Assembly (NCBI GenBank): GCA_002269645.1
Contig: NIVC01000010.1
Location: 1,922,001-1,986,000 of the forward strand
DNA: 64,000 bases
Direction: 5' to 3'
DNA from: Macrostomum lignano
Taxonomy: Eukaryota
Part shown: positions 1 through 51,321 of the stretch, piece by piece
Layout: the number at the start of each line of letters is the position of its first letter
Numbering within the stretch: the stretch's first letter is position 1
The notes under the pieces: generated by a model
The model's input: the letters and a program-made list of their open reading frames with translations, nothing else
Told to the model about the DNA's origin: nothing
Databases searched by the model: none
Made by a program: the position numbers and the translations under genes

Positions 1-530
1 AGGTAGACAGGAAAGTAGACAGGGAGGTAGACAGGGAGGTAGACAGGGAGGTAGACTGGGAAGTATGCAGGGAATTAGACCGGGAGGTAGACAGGGAGAT
101 AGACAGGGAGGTAGACAGGGAGGTAGATAGGGAGGTAGACAGGGAGGTAGAGAGGGAGGTAGACAGGGAGATAGACAGGGAGGTAGACAGGGAGGTAGAC
201 AGGGAGGTAGAGAGGGAGGTAGACAAGGAAGTAGACAGGGAGGTAGACAGGGAGGTAGACAGGGAGGTAGACAGGGAAGTAGACAGGGAGGTAGACAGGG
301 AGGTAGACAGGGAGGTAGACAGGGAGGTAGACAGGAAAGTAGACAAGGAAGTAAACATGGGAGTAGACACAGATATAGACACCAAGATAGATAGCGAGGT
401 AGATACATGGGTAGATACAGGGGTAGATACAGGGGTAGATACAGGGGTAGATACAGGGGTAGATACAGGGGTAGATACAGGGGTAGATACAGGGGTAGAT
501 ACGGAAGTAGACAGGCAGGTAGACAACAGG
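1..530. repeat. 12-bp minisatellites (GGGAGGTAGACA, then GGGGTAGATACA)
   Basis: Visible tandem units; lies in the intron upstream of the 772 exon. Confidence 0.95.
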
Positions 531-771
531 TGAATCAGCAATGAGGCAAAGCCAAACGCAAATAGAATGTATGGGATTTGTTGAACTCTGTGCAGAGCAA
601 GTGAGAATAGAAAATTAGAAAAAAGGCTTGCCCCACAGTCAAACATCATGTTTGCGCAACCGTGGAAGTGGAGTGGGGGGCCATGCACTAAGCTGACTTT
701 ACCCAGACTCTTTGCAGTTGGGGTCTATTTGTCTAGCAAATGCCACATGTACACTGTAATCATTTTCACAG

Positions 772-1094
772 TCTTCAAAGGCTTCAACGAAAGACTTCTA
801 ACTCTGACGCGGAGCTGCATGTACACGTAGTGAGCCACCAGTCAGCCAGCATCCGCCGGCAGAGACCTCAACTTCCCGACCAATTTGTGTGCTCAAACTC
901 GACAAATTCAGCTGTTGCTGGGGGATTAGTGCTCACCGATCGATCGTCGAATCAGACTCAGGAAACTTGTCTGGATTCTGGCAGTTTCAGCTGCACGAAT
1001 GGCAGCTCAGCGAGTCCCGTGCCTCAGCTGCAGCAGCCGCAGGTGTACAGCCTTGGACTGCAGAGTCAGCTGGTGCAGCACCAGCTTCATCAAG
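772..1094 (+). CDS. Penultimate exon (low-complexity cytoplasmic tail) of upstream echinoid-like gene; rest of gene lies left of window
   Basis: TTTTCACAG acceptor ending 771, open S/Q-rich frame, CAAG|GTGAAA donor at 1095; phase 1 matches the 1484 exon. Confidence 0.7.
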
Positions 1095-1483
1095 GTGAAA
1101 ATGCTTCAGAGTTCACTAATCCCTTTTTCAATAGGGATCGTTTATCTCCCGCTAATCCTTTTTACAGTCGATCCTTCAGATCCCGCTAATCCCTTTACAG
1201 CTGATCCTTCAGGTCCCAATCCTTTTTACAGCTAATCCTTTAAGTCCCGTCAATGTCCCAGAACTACGAGTCCCAAATCATCCCAAATAAAATCATCTCT
1301 CACAATCGACAATTTAGGCTCCGTGTACTTTCTTTTCCAAAGAGTTTTTTATAAAAAAATTCACTTCAGAACGCGCGTTTATCATCCTACTCACATCGGA
1401 TGTCAGTAGTCAGTTAAGAATTTTATTACCAAAGCTTAGTAATGCGAAGATAATTAAAAGTAAAATTCTTCGATTTTTCGCAG

Positions 1484-1593
1484 CATCCTACTGCTCCGAT
1501 GACGTCACAGACAGCGGCTGCTACTTCAGCACCAGCGTCTCGCCGCCTCCGCAGACAGCCCCTAGACGAGTGATCTACGAAGTAGTGGTTTAA
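1484..1593 (+). CDS. ed: Terminal exon of upstream echinoid-like gene, ASYCSDDVTDSGCYFSTSVSPPPQTAPRRVIYEVVV* (PDZ-binding C-terminus)
   Basis: TTTTTCGCAG acceptor ending 1483, TAA at 1591-1593. The end resembles Drosophila Echinoid (ends EIIV) and shares YEVVV* with the downstream gene. Confidence 0.8.
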
Positions 1594-1954
1594 TATTAGT
1601 AGTATCTGACCAATATAATGTTCGCGACAAAAATGATTGCATTTACAATCTAAATTGACTATTATTAAGAGCTAAGTCTATTCTATCATAGTCGCATAGA
1701 TTTGAGTTTGTATTTAATTTTGTTGCAGAAATTACCCTTTGCTTAGCGGTGTTGGTGCGTTTGAATTCTTCTGTGTAAAGATTTTTTTGAGAGAAATTGG
1801 TGTACTCAAATCTGCACAATCTCATATTCCTTACAGCTACAATAATATATGCTTGCATCAAAATGCTGTTTGCTAATTTTTGAAAAGTAATTCTATTTAA
1901 AAAATGAGAGTTGAGTTTTGTTTTTATATTTAAAAATCTTCTTTTCATTCTGAC

Positions 1955-2600
1955 TCTGCCTGGATAATCTCACCATTATGAATATTGTGCCTGGATAATC
2001 TCACCATATAGAATCTCTGCCTTGATAATCTCACCATTGTGAATCTGTGCCTTGATGATCTCACCATTGTGAATCGGTGCCTTGATGATTTCACTATTGT
2101 GAATCTGTGCCTTGATAATCTCACCATTGTGAATCTGTGCCTTGATAATCTCACCATTGTGAATCTGTGCCTTGATAATCTCACCATTGTGAATCTGTGC
2201 CTTGATAATCTCACCATTGTGAATCTGTGCCTTGATAATCTCACCATGGTGAATCTGTGCCTTGATAATCTCACCATGGTGAATCTGTGCCTTGATAATC
2301 TCACCATGGTGAATCTGTGCCTTGATAATCTCACCATTGTGAATCTGTGCCTTGATAATCTCACCATTGTGAATCTCTGCCTGGATATAATCTCACCATT
2401 GTGAATCTGTGCCTTGAAAATCTCACCATTGCGAATCTGCGCCTTGATAATCTCACTATTGTGAATCTCTGCCTTGATAATCTCATTATTGTGAATCTTT
2501 GCTTGATAATCTCACCATTGTGAATCTCTGCCTGGATATAATCTCAGCATTGTTAATCTGTGCCTTGATAATCTCACCATTCCGCCTCTCTGTCTGAATA
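1955..2600. repeat. 30-bp minisatellite CTTGATAATCTCACCATTGTGAATCTGTGC
   Basis: About 20 tandem units; source of ORFs 1945-2367 and 2039-2404. Confidence 0.95.
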
Positions 2601-2924
2601 GTCTCACCATTGTGAAATCCAGATTCTCGAACTCTTGGTTGATTTAAAATCTTCCAAAGGGTTTTCTAGCTTCCACCAGAAGCTCACATTTGCATTAAAG
2701 AAGCTTTGCCCCCATGTTGTACAGAAAAAATTGTTATTTTTATTTAATTTCCTGTCCCGTTACATAAATAAAGTCATCCATGCCTTAGCTCAGATGTTGG
2801 CAAACATTTCATCTCAAGGGAGACAGGCAGAGTGAGAATAAACAAGAGAGAGGAGAGATCGGAGAAATGAGAGGCGATGAAATAGATGAGAAGAGAGGAG
2901 AGACAAAATAGAAGAAGAGAGAAA

Positions 2925-3360
2925 AGGAGAGGAGAGGAGAGGAGAGGAGAGGAGAGGAGAGGAGAGGAGAGGAGAGGAGAGGAGAGGAGAGGAGAGGAGA
3001 GGAGAGGAGAGGAGAGGAGAGGAGAGGAGAGGAGAGGAGAGGAGAGGAGAGGAGAGGAGAGGAGAGGAGAGGAGAGGAGAGGAGAGGAGAGGAGAGGAGA
3101 GGAGAGGAGAGGAGAGGAGAGGAGAGGAGAGGAGAGGAGAGGAGAGGAGAGGAGAGGAGAGGCGAGGAGAGGAGAGGAGAGGAGAGGAGTGGAAAGGAGA
3201 GGAGAGGAGAGCAGAGGAGAGGAGAGGAGAGATGCGAGAATGGAGAGGAGAGATGCGAGAATGGAGAGGAGAGATGCGAGAATGGAGAGGAGAGATGCGA
3301 GAATGGAGAGGAGAGATGCGAGAATGGAGAGAAGAGATGCGAGAATGGAGAGGAGAGTAA
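2925..3360. repeat. (GAGGA)n microsatellite followed by 21-bp GAGATGCGAGAATGGAGAGGA units
   Basis: Visible tandem repeat. Confidence 0.95.
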
Positions 3361-4029
3361 GAAGGTTAGACAGGAGAGAACAGGAGAGAGATGAGAAGAG
3401 ACAAACCCTGAGCAGGCCGTATTGGTATTGTGAAGTTTCAAAAGGCCCTCGGGCAGTCGGGCCGGATAGAGAAACTTCTGGAGCTGGAGTTGTTTGTTTC
3501 CGCCTTAGTTTAGTGTCTAGGCCCGTTTCCTACACTCTCATTGGTCAGCGATCGGAGCCAATGATATTGCAGCTGGCTGTATGAAGCAGCCCTCCCGGCC
3601 TCAAATAATAAAAAGCCAGGCCATTGTGCTAAAAAAGGTAAGAGGCGGCGGCGATCGTTGCAAACTCCACTTTATCGTGGGAATTTTTCTCTAAAAACAG
3701 AAAAAGCCTATTTTTTAGACTTTTAAAATTTTCATATTAGAATTTATATTAACATTCAGCCAAGTAGCAGCCAGCAACAGATAAATCAATAGCACTACTA
3801 AATGAAGGTTTTGCATAAAAAAATTACTAGCAATACCGTATCTAACTGAGGGAGAATCACTGTTACAAGCTATCAACGAAACTGCGCTTCATCTAGATAA
3901 ATAGAGGTAAGAGTCTACAAAGACGGATGTGGTTTTCATTTCATGTAATAAACCTGGTGCTTTCTAGAAATGAAGCTTATGAGAGGTTAGGACGGTAAAT
4001 GAGAGGGCAAGTGAGAGGGTAAGTTGAGG

Positions 4030-5195
4030 CTTGAGGGAGGGAGAGGGAGAGGGAGAGTGAGATGGAGAGGTAGGGGTGTGAGAGAGAGGGAGATGGAGAG
4101 GATGAGGTAGAGTCTGAGGTGAGGGAAAGGGTGAGTTAGAGGGTGAGGGAGAGGGTGAGGAAGAGGGTGAGGGAGAGGGTGAGGAAGAGGGTGAGGGAGA
4201 GGGGGAGGAAGAGGGAGAGGGAGAGGGAGAGGGAGAGGGTGAGGAAGAGGGAGAGGGTGAGGGAGAGGGTGAGGAAGAGGGTGAGGGAGAGGGTGAGGAA
4301 GAGGAAGAGGGAGAGGGAGAGGGTGAGGAAGAGGGTTAGGGAGAGGGTGAGGAAGAGGGTTAGGGAGAGGGTGAGGAAGAGGGAGAGGGAGAGGGTGAGG
4401 GAGAGGGTGAGGGAGAGGGTGAGGGAGAGGGTGAGGAAGAGGGTGAGGGAGAGGGTGAGGAAGAGGGTGAGGGAGAGGGTGAGGAAGAGGGTGAGGGAGA
4501 GGGTGAGGAAGAGGGTGAGGGAGAGGGTGAGGAAGAGGGTGAGGGAGAGGGTGAGGAAGAGGGAGAGGGAGAGGGTGAGGAAGAGGGTTAGGGAGAGGGT
4601 GAGGAAGAGGGAGAGGGAGAGGGAGAGGGAGAGGGTGAGGGAGAGGGTGAGGAAGAGGGTGAGGGAGAGGGTGAGGAAGAGGGTGAGGGAGAGGGTGAGG
4701 AAGAGGAAGAGGGAGAGGGAGAGGGTGAGGAAGAGGGTTAGGGAGAGGGTGAGGAAGAGGGAGAGGGAGAGGGAGAGGGAGAGGAGAGGGTGAGGGAGAG
4801 GGTGAGGGAGAGGGAGAGGGAGAGGGTGAGGAAGAGGGTGAGGAGAGGGTGAGGAAGAGGGTGAGGGAGAGGGTGAGGAAGAGGGTGAGGGAGAGGGTGA
4901 GGAAGAGGGAGAGGGAGAGGGTGAGGAAGAGGGTTAGGGAGAGGGTGAGGAGAGGGAGAGGAAGAGGGTTAGGGAGAGGGTGAGGAGAGGTGAGGGAGAG
5001 GGAGAGGAGAGGGTGAGGGAGAGGGTGAGGAAGAGGGTGAGGGAGAGGGTGAGGAAGAGGGTGAGGGAGAGGGTGAGGAAGAGGGTTAGGGAGAGGGTGA
5101 GGAAGAGGGTTAGGGAGAGGGTGAGGAAGAGGGTGAGGGAGATGGTGAGGTGGAAGGAGAGGAAAGAGAAAAGGAAGAGGAAGCGAGGGAGAGAG
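4030..5195. repeat. Polypurine-rich array, about 24-bp unit GAGGGTGAGGGAGAGGGTGAGGAA
   Basis: Visible tandem repeat; source of RVRERVRK ORFs. Confidence 0.95.
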
Positions 5196-5869
5196 AACAG
5201 TTTAAACAGCATAAAATTACTTTACAGAATTACTTCATAGAATTAGCACAACAATAGTCTAACTATTCTAAACAATAGTGGCTCTAGTAGTAGCTCTAGT
5301 AGTGCCTGTAGTAGTGGTATATATGGCCGTCTCTGGCCATAAAATCTGTAAAAATGCTCTCCCCTTCTCAATGTATAACTGTGCAGTAAAAATCATCAAT
5401 ATTATCATAATTTTACAATGAGGCCTAATAGTGAAATATCCGTAACCATGTGCAAAGTAGAAAGATATTTATTATGGAAGAACAGACGAACACTGCCCGA
5501 CGAATGCATGCAGTGATTAACCCTTCCACGACTAAGCCCGACTAATTAAGAATTATAACAGGCTTTATAGGAAACGACTGCTCGTTTAATACGAAACCCT
5601 GAGCTGAAGGGGTCCGCACTGGAAGAAGAAGACCATACAAGCTCAGTCAGTCAGCAACCTAATTTCCTGAGCTGGGCTTTTGAGCAGAGCAGCCAATATA
5701 CAATTCACCCCCTGTCTCTCTCATTTTTTGACGAGGTCAAATTCAATTTCTTAGCGCACATGTCGAATGCTCGGCGGGCTTAACTAACTTCTTGGGTGGA
5801 GACACATGTGTTTGGGTGCTGTACTCGCCAGCAGAGTGTTGTTGCATGAATGCATGTTTCCTAGAGCGA

Positions 5870-6062
5870 AAGAGGTCATTTGGGGATCTGAGAGGGTGCC
5901 ATTTGGGGATCTGAGAGGGTGCCATTCGGGGATCTGAGAGGGTGTCATTTGGGGAGCTGAGAGGGTGTCATTTATAGATCTGAGAGGGTGTCATTTGGGG
6001 AGCTGAGAGGGTGTCATTTGGGGATCTGAGAGGGTGTCATTTATAGATCTGAGAGGGTGTCA
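5870..6062 (+). repeat. 23-bp minisatellite ATTTGGGGATCTGAGAGGGTGTC (left arm of inverted pair)
   Basis: 8 units; reverse complement of the 7428-8540 array. Confidence 0.95.
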
Positions 6063-6480
6063 CCTGTCACCTATAAATTTCACTTGTCGATTGACACCGT
6101 TAAGAACCTGTCACACAATCAGTTTAACCCAAATCCACTTCCAGTAATTCAGTAATTATCAATTCGCATTTTGCAATCATAAATTAATTAGAATCTTATG
6201 CCAGAAACTGTAGAACAAGAGGCAGCTTAAGAGACTACGAGCTACTTCAACAAATTTCTGGGCGGGGCATCCATAAAACTTGAATAATAAACCACAGCTT
6301 CTTTCTTAAGTTGTTCCACTTCTGATGGCGCTGAAAACCAGCTCAACTGGAGTGCGGGTCTTGCGTGGAGGCAGTTTCCGTGGCTCTTCATCAGCATGCA
6401 TAGGTGCCCACTCACTAGGAGTTGGACACTTATAGTCAGTGCTTTAGCCATTTCTGAATTATCATAGCCTGTGCTGTAGG

Positions 6481-6835
6481 CTCTCTCTTCTCCCCCTCTC
6501 TCCCTTCTCTCTCCCCTCTCTTCTCCCCCTCTCTCCCTTCTCTCTCCCCTCTCTTCTCCCCTTCTCTCCCTTCTCTCTCCCCTCTCTTCTTTCCCTCTCT
6601 CCCCTTCTCTCTCCCCCCTCTCTCCCCCTCTCTCCCCTCTCTCCCTCTCTCTCCCATCTCTCCGTCTCTCTCCCCTCTCTCTCTCCCTCTCTCCGTCTCT
6701 CTCCCCCTCTCTCTCCCCCTCTCTTCCTCTCTCTCCCTCTCTTTTTTCCCTCCCTCTCCCTCTCTCCCTCTCTCTCCCTCTCTCTCTCTTCCTTCCCTCT
6801 CGCTCTCTCCCTGTCTCCTTGTGTCCCTCTCTCCC
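6481..6835. repeat. Polypyrimidine CT-rich tract
   Basis: Low-complexity CTCTCC-type repeats. Confidence 0.9.
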
Positions 6836-7427
6836 AAACTCCAATCCTACCAATTTCATTTTTAAAAGAAGGATTTTAGTTTTATAAATTTAATCATTGA
6901 AGCAAACCATTAAGATAAAGTGTAGAAACTTAGCATAACAACACAAGTAGTGTTTTTTTCGACAATTTTCAAGTCAGCAACGCCAGTAATATGCGCAGTT
7001 TACTTACTTACGCCAGCACTTTATCATTTTGACAAAGCAACCTCATTCATTTCGCCGCACACATAAGTACACAGTAAAATAAATTTCAACAGTTTTGAAA
7101 AGCGTCAGCTAAAACTCGCTGTGAAGTCATACCGAGCGACGAGCGAGACGTGTGAGTCAGCAAAGCTGTGTCTCCCCTGGGGCCTCCCCCAGATACCGCC
7201 CCCGGAATTAAAAGCAATAAAAACCGCGCGCGAAAGTAAAGAAGCCGAAAAAAAAACAAAACAATAACAGGACGGGAAAGTTTTACGAGCAACCGTGTGA
7301 ATTTCTTCTTTTCCTCCAGTTTCTGCTTCAGCAGTTCGTTAGGTTTCGAACTTTTTTGTGCATATGATGACTTACTGTTGTGGCTAATTTTGAGTTGTGC
7401 TCAGTAATGCGAGAATGCCGTAATCTC

Positions 7428-8540
7428 CAAATGACACCCTCTCAGATACCCAAATGACACCCTCTCAGATCCCAAATGACACCCTCTCAGATACCCAGAT
7501 GACACCCTCTCAGATCCCAAATGACACCCTCTCAGATCCCAAATGACACCCTCTCAGATCCCAAATGACACCCTCTCAGATCCCCAAATGACACCCTCTC
7601 AGATCCCAAATGACACCCTCTCAGATCCCAAATGACACCCTCTCAGATACCCAGATGACACCCTCTCAGATCCCAAATGACACCCTCTCAGATTCCAAAT
7701 GACACCCTCTCAGATCCCAAATGACACCCTCTCAGATCCCCAAATGACACCCTCTCAGATCCCCAAATGACACCTTCTCAGATCCCAAATGACACCCTCT
7801 CAGATACCCAGATGACACCCTCTCAGATCCCAGATGACACTCTCTCAGACCCCCAAATGACACCCTCTCAGATCCCAACTGCCACCCTATCAGATCCCAA
7901 ATGACACCCTCTCAGATCCCAACTGCCACCCTATCAGATCCCAAATGACACCCTATCAGATCCCAAATGACACCCTCTCAGATCCCAACTGCCACCCTAT
8001 CAGATCCCAAATGACACCCTCTCAGATCCCAACTGCCACCCTATCAGATCCCAAATGACACCCTCTCAGATCCTAACTGCCACCCTCTCAGATCCTAACT
8101 GCCACCCTATCAGATCCTAACTGCCACCCTCTCAGATCCTAACTGCCACCCTCTTAGATCCCAGATGACACCCTCTCAGATCCCCATTGATACCCTCTCA
8201 GATCTCCAAATGACACCCTCTCAGATCCTAGATGACACCCTCTCAGATCTCCAAATGACACCCTCTCAGATGATAGATGACACCCTCTCAGATCTCCAAA
8301 TGACACCCTCTCAGATGATAGATGACACCCTCTCAGATGATAGATGACACCCTCTCAGATCCCCATTGACACCCTCTCAGATGATAGATGACACCCTCTC
8401 AGATCCCCATTGACACCCTCTCAGATGATAGATGACACCCTCTCAGATCCCCATTGACACCCTCTCAGATGATAGATGACACCCTCTCAGATCCCCATTG
8501 ACACCCTCTCAGATCCCCATTGACACCCTCTTAGATCCAA
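7428..8540 (-). repeat. 22-23-bp minisatellite GACACCCTCTCAGATCCC(C)AAAT (right arm of inverted pair)
   Basis: About 50 units with variant blocks; reverse complement of 5870-6062. Confidence 0.95.
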
Positions 8541-9304
8541 ACTGAGGATTTTTCAGAAAAACAACACCCTGCAGTATAAAACCCCACTAAAAAAGCCTGA
8601 AAAACTCTGTTTTTTACTTGGTCATGCAGTTTCAGAACGCACAGCTCCATCAAACCCTCAGTTTTACCTTTAGATATGCTAAAATAGCATCAGCGCTATT
8701 AAAAAGCTTTAGTCAGCATCCCCAATGCATTTAATAGATTTATGATGGTTCATTCTCATCAGCGAATCAATCTGACTGTTCACTTTTGTTTATTAATACA
8801 ATTATCAAGTTGAGAGAGAGAGAGACACAGAGAGAGAGGCAGTCCTGTGGTGTCACTTCACGCTTGGAATAGCTTCCTGGATGAAGCTTCACAGCGTGAA
8901 TCTAGGGAGAGGCCCCAAAGCTGAACTTACAGTTTAGATTCCGCATAAGCTGAAATCTCATCTCAGAGTGGAACTGAAGAGGTGCCAAGTGGGACTGTCG
9001 AGAGTTTTCCAGTCAGGCGTGAACGAGGCCTGATAGCCGTATATGCAGTATGATTCACTGATATTAAATAAATATAGTAAGTTATCCATGGGTTTCTAAA
9101 ATGCTGAGTGAAGGCTTAGTAAAAACCGAAGTTTATCTAGCCAAACTTTTGACATGGAACACGCATTTTTTATTTCCTAACAAAAAAGCAAGGCAAAATA
9201 AAGAAAAACTTTTCTGCGTCACTAATTTTCAAGATCGCGACCAAGTTTGACGAAATCTGTTTAGCAGTTTGGAAATTATCCAGAATCTTTTCCAGATAGT
9301 AAAG

Positions 9305-9866
9305 GGTTTAGGTCTTGTCTAGTTTAGGTCTTGTGCAGTTTAGGTCTTGTGCAGTTTAGGTCTTGTGTAGTTTAGGTCTTCTGACGTTTAGGTCTTGTGT
9401 AGTTTAGGTCTTGTGTAGTTTAGGTCTTGTGTAGTTTAGGTCTTGTGTAATTTAGGTCTTGTGTAGTTTAGGTCTTGTGTAGTTTAGGTCTTGTGTAGTT
9501 TAGGTCTTGTGTAGTTTAGGTCTTCTGACGTTTAGGTCTTGTGCAGTTTAGGTCTTGTGTAGTTTAGGTCTTCTGACGTTTAGGTCTTGTGTAGTTTAGG
9601 TCTTGTGTAGTTTAGGTCTTCTGACGTTTAGGTCTTGTGTAGTTTAGGTCTTGTGTAGTTTAGGTCTTGTGTAGTTTAGGTCTTGTGTAGTTTAGGTCTT
9701 GTGTAGTTTAGGTCTTGTGTAATTTAGGTCTTGTGTAGTTTAGGTCTTGTGTAGTTTAAGTCTTGTGTAGTTTAGGTCTTGTGCAGTTAGGTCTTGTGTA
9801 ATTTAGGTCTTGTGTAGTTTAGGTCTTGTGTAGTTTAGGTCTTGTGTAGTTTAGGTCTTGTGCAGT
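9305..9866. repeat. 16-bp minisatellite TTTAGGTCTTGTGTAG
   Basis: Visible tandem repeat. Confidence 0.95.
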
Positions 9867-10280
9867 TGTGAAGCATGTAGTGGGTGGGACAATGAAAATT
9901 ATTGAAAGTGGAGGTTCCTTACAATTCTAAGCCAAAGTTGTTAAGCCTTAAGCTGTGCAGTCAATCCGATAGAATTAATGCGACTGATTATTAGAAAAAA
10001 CCGACAATTCAATTTGCAGTCTACCGAGACTGATCTTGTGCGGGCGGCACAGTTGCACCAGAAATTTATGCGATTAACTTTTCTTTCATAAACTGTATAA
10101 AGTCCACGCTGTAGGCGCATGCAGTCGGTGTCTCTCCTGGCTAACCCATTATTCTGTTACATGTTGCAGACTCTGTTCTGCTGCGATATTTTTCCTTATA
10201 TCTAACCTTTGCTCTCTCTCTCTCTCCCTCCCTCGTCTGCTTCCACAGGAGCAGGTCCATCATCAGCAGCAGCAGCAGCA

Positions 10281-49252
<38,972 letters not shown>

Positions 49253-50043
49253 TTATTTAAATTCACAATATATACGTTTCATAGGATGCGAGCGAGATTA
49301 AAACAAAGTCAGAGCTAAAATAGCTTTTTAATTTACTTTAGAATAACAAAATCAGTACTGCTTTCCGGAATTTTTTGAACACGCGATGCAATATTGTAAA
49401 GTTTCTCTTCTCATACTAGTAACTGGATTTTATGCTTTCTGTCAGTTCTTACTCATTAGTAGTATCGAAAAGAAAAATGTTTTCCGTCTTTTTATGTTCA
49501 CAGTCTCTAAAGTTCAATAGTCTTTCAAAGTTGCTTAAGTCTGCTTAAACGCTTCTTTATTTTAATGCATGCTTGCTGTTTTTAAGTTCATTCTGTTTCT
49601 ATATTGTACGTAGTAGTTATAGTGTACATTAAAACAATCTTCTGTCAACGAAACCTCGAAAAACGCTACTGATTTATTGATTAGATGTACTTGCTTTTTT
49701 CCTGACAAATTCATTCATGCCTTTGCAAAACTCGGATTGCGAAAAAAGCTTATTTATGGCATTTAAACATTAAAGTAACTATTTAAATATTCAAAAATTG
49801 TGTCTGACTGAAAGCGAAAATAATTAGGAAAGCTGACATATCTTAAGTTATTAAGCATTTAAAACATGCTTGCTGTCGCACTGGTTAAAACAGCTTGTAT
49901 ATTTGGTAATCGAAATTATGCGATTCAAAAAAAATTATATTTGTTTTAACTTGTCAATAGATAACTACAGCATTGGTTTAAATTTTGTATTGATCCAGTT
50001 ATAAACTGAAATTACAGGGTTCAGTAAAACAAAAATCATTTCT

Positions 50044-51321
50044 TTAGTTAATGCTGGTCGTATTAAAAATTTTCGATTCAGCCTGGTCACTATCAGTAGT
50101 TGACCGCTTAAAGACATCTTCCGCTGTAGTTACAGGCGGTGCAGCGGTCGATGAACTCGTCGATCCGTCTGGAGAAGCGGTCGATGTCGTGACACTGTCG
50201 CTACTCATAGTAGAAGCAGTTGGAATGACAGTAGTTTCAACGGGACTCTCTGTAGTTTCACCGGCCGTAGAAGCCGCAGTAGATATGTTCTCCTCCGTAG
50301 TTTCGGTACGAGTAGATTCAGGAGTCACGTCGTGTTCTTCTAATGTAGTATCAGCCTCGGCTGTAGCATCAGTGGCGGCTGTTTTTGTCGTATCGAAGCC
50401 GTTCTCAAGCAGCTCCGGTACTAGACAGATTCGCACCGGACACTTGCCTGGCACTGGATTAGGCACAGTCAGTTCTCTAGTGCCAGGCGGACAGGTTACA
50501 GACTGGCTTGAGCAATCTTGGGCCTTCCTTGGTACCTGACGCTTGTTTTCGACGTTCGAGACGTCTTTCCTAGGCGGAGACAGCGGCTCCAGGGACTCTG
50601 GCAGCTTGTTGACGCACAGTTTAGCTGGACATCCGTTGATCGGATCTGCTCTAATGATCAGCAGTTGGTCAGGAGTTGCACAGCCCTCGGCCAGCAGGTC
50701 CGCCTCGGTCACCGGACAGCCGCACTGAAGGAATTCGCAGTAGGCAGTTTTGTTTCGCATCAGAGCTGGTCGGTTCCAGCTCGTGGGAGCTGCAGCACCA
50801 GATTCGTTGTCGACTTTTTTTCCTTCATCTCCAGACTTGATGTCCGGCTCTGTCTGAGGCTTCGACTGGCAGAAATTGTCAAAGCAGCGCAACGGTACGC
50901 AGCGAGGTCGCAGCGGGCAAATGCTGGCTGAGAACTGCACCTCAACCGCGGTGTCCAGAGAAGGCGGGTTGTAGTACTCGAACAGTCTGAGAGGCGCCCA
51001 GGTTGGACAGTTATTCTCGCCGGTGACGAAACTCAACAGGCTTAACGGACAAGCGGCTGTTTCAGCTTCTGTCAGACAGACACTTTGAGCTGGACAGTTG
51101 CTGCTGTCCTCGGATGTAACCGACATGAAGTAGGCGGTCAATCTGTCGTTAGGGCCAGCGCATCGAGTGCCAGGAGCGATAAAGTGCAACGGATTAGTGC
51201 AGCTGGATTGAAAATCCTGCGATTGTCGCTGCGATGATGCATCAACTGCAGTCGGCAGCTGATTGGTCAGCTGTGGTACATTGGCTACGAATAATAGAAG
51301 CAAAATGTTCATTGCTGGCAT
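50044..51321 (-). CDS. Intronless putative secreted protein, 425 aa: Cys-rich modules and a Thr/Ser/Glu-rich mucin-like tail
   Basis: Non-repetitive 1278-nt ORF, N-terminal ILLLLFVA, 20 Cys with recurring CP-x3/4-C, acidic T/S-rich C-terminus, no TM. Confidence 0.8.
   Translation of the reverse strand: MPAMNILLLLFVANVPQLTNQLPTAVDASSQRQSQDFQSSCTNPLHFIAPGTRCAGPNDRLTAYFMSVTSEDSSNCPAQSVCLTEAETAACPLSLLSFVTGENNCPTWAPLRLFEYYNPPSLDTAVEVQFSASICPLRPRCVPLRCFDNFCQSKPQTEPDIKSGDEGKKVDNESGAAAPTSWNRPALMRNKTAYCEFLQCGCPVTEADLLAEGCATPDQLLIIRADPINGCPAKLCVNKLPESLEPLSPPRKDVSNVENKRQVPRKAQDCSSQSVTCPPGTRELTVPNPVPGKCPVRICLVPELLENGFDTTKTAATDATAEADTTLEEHDVTPESTRTETTEENISTAASTAGETTESPVETTVIPTASTMSSDSVTTSTASPDGSTSSSTAAPPVTTAEDVFKRSTTDSDQAESKIFNTTSIN

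Noticed and set aside
6242-6480. Unique-sequence open frame on the - strand (…PALQLSWFSAPSEVEQLKKE…), with similar short frames at 10354-10621, 14649-14894 and 22399-23264
   Set aside because: Short, no family motif and no consistent splice partners.
8860-8965. HAWNSF...KLKSHL fragments reminiscent of a CR1/L2 RT C-terminus
   Set aside because: Pieces are in different frames and too short to call without a profile search.
9305-9866. Telomere-like TTTAGG start of the unit
   Set aside because: The unit is a 16-mer, not a TTAGGG-type tandem.
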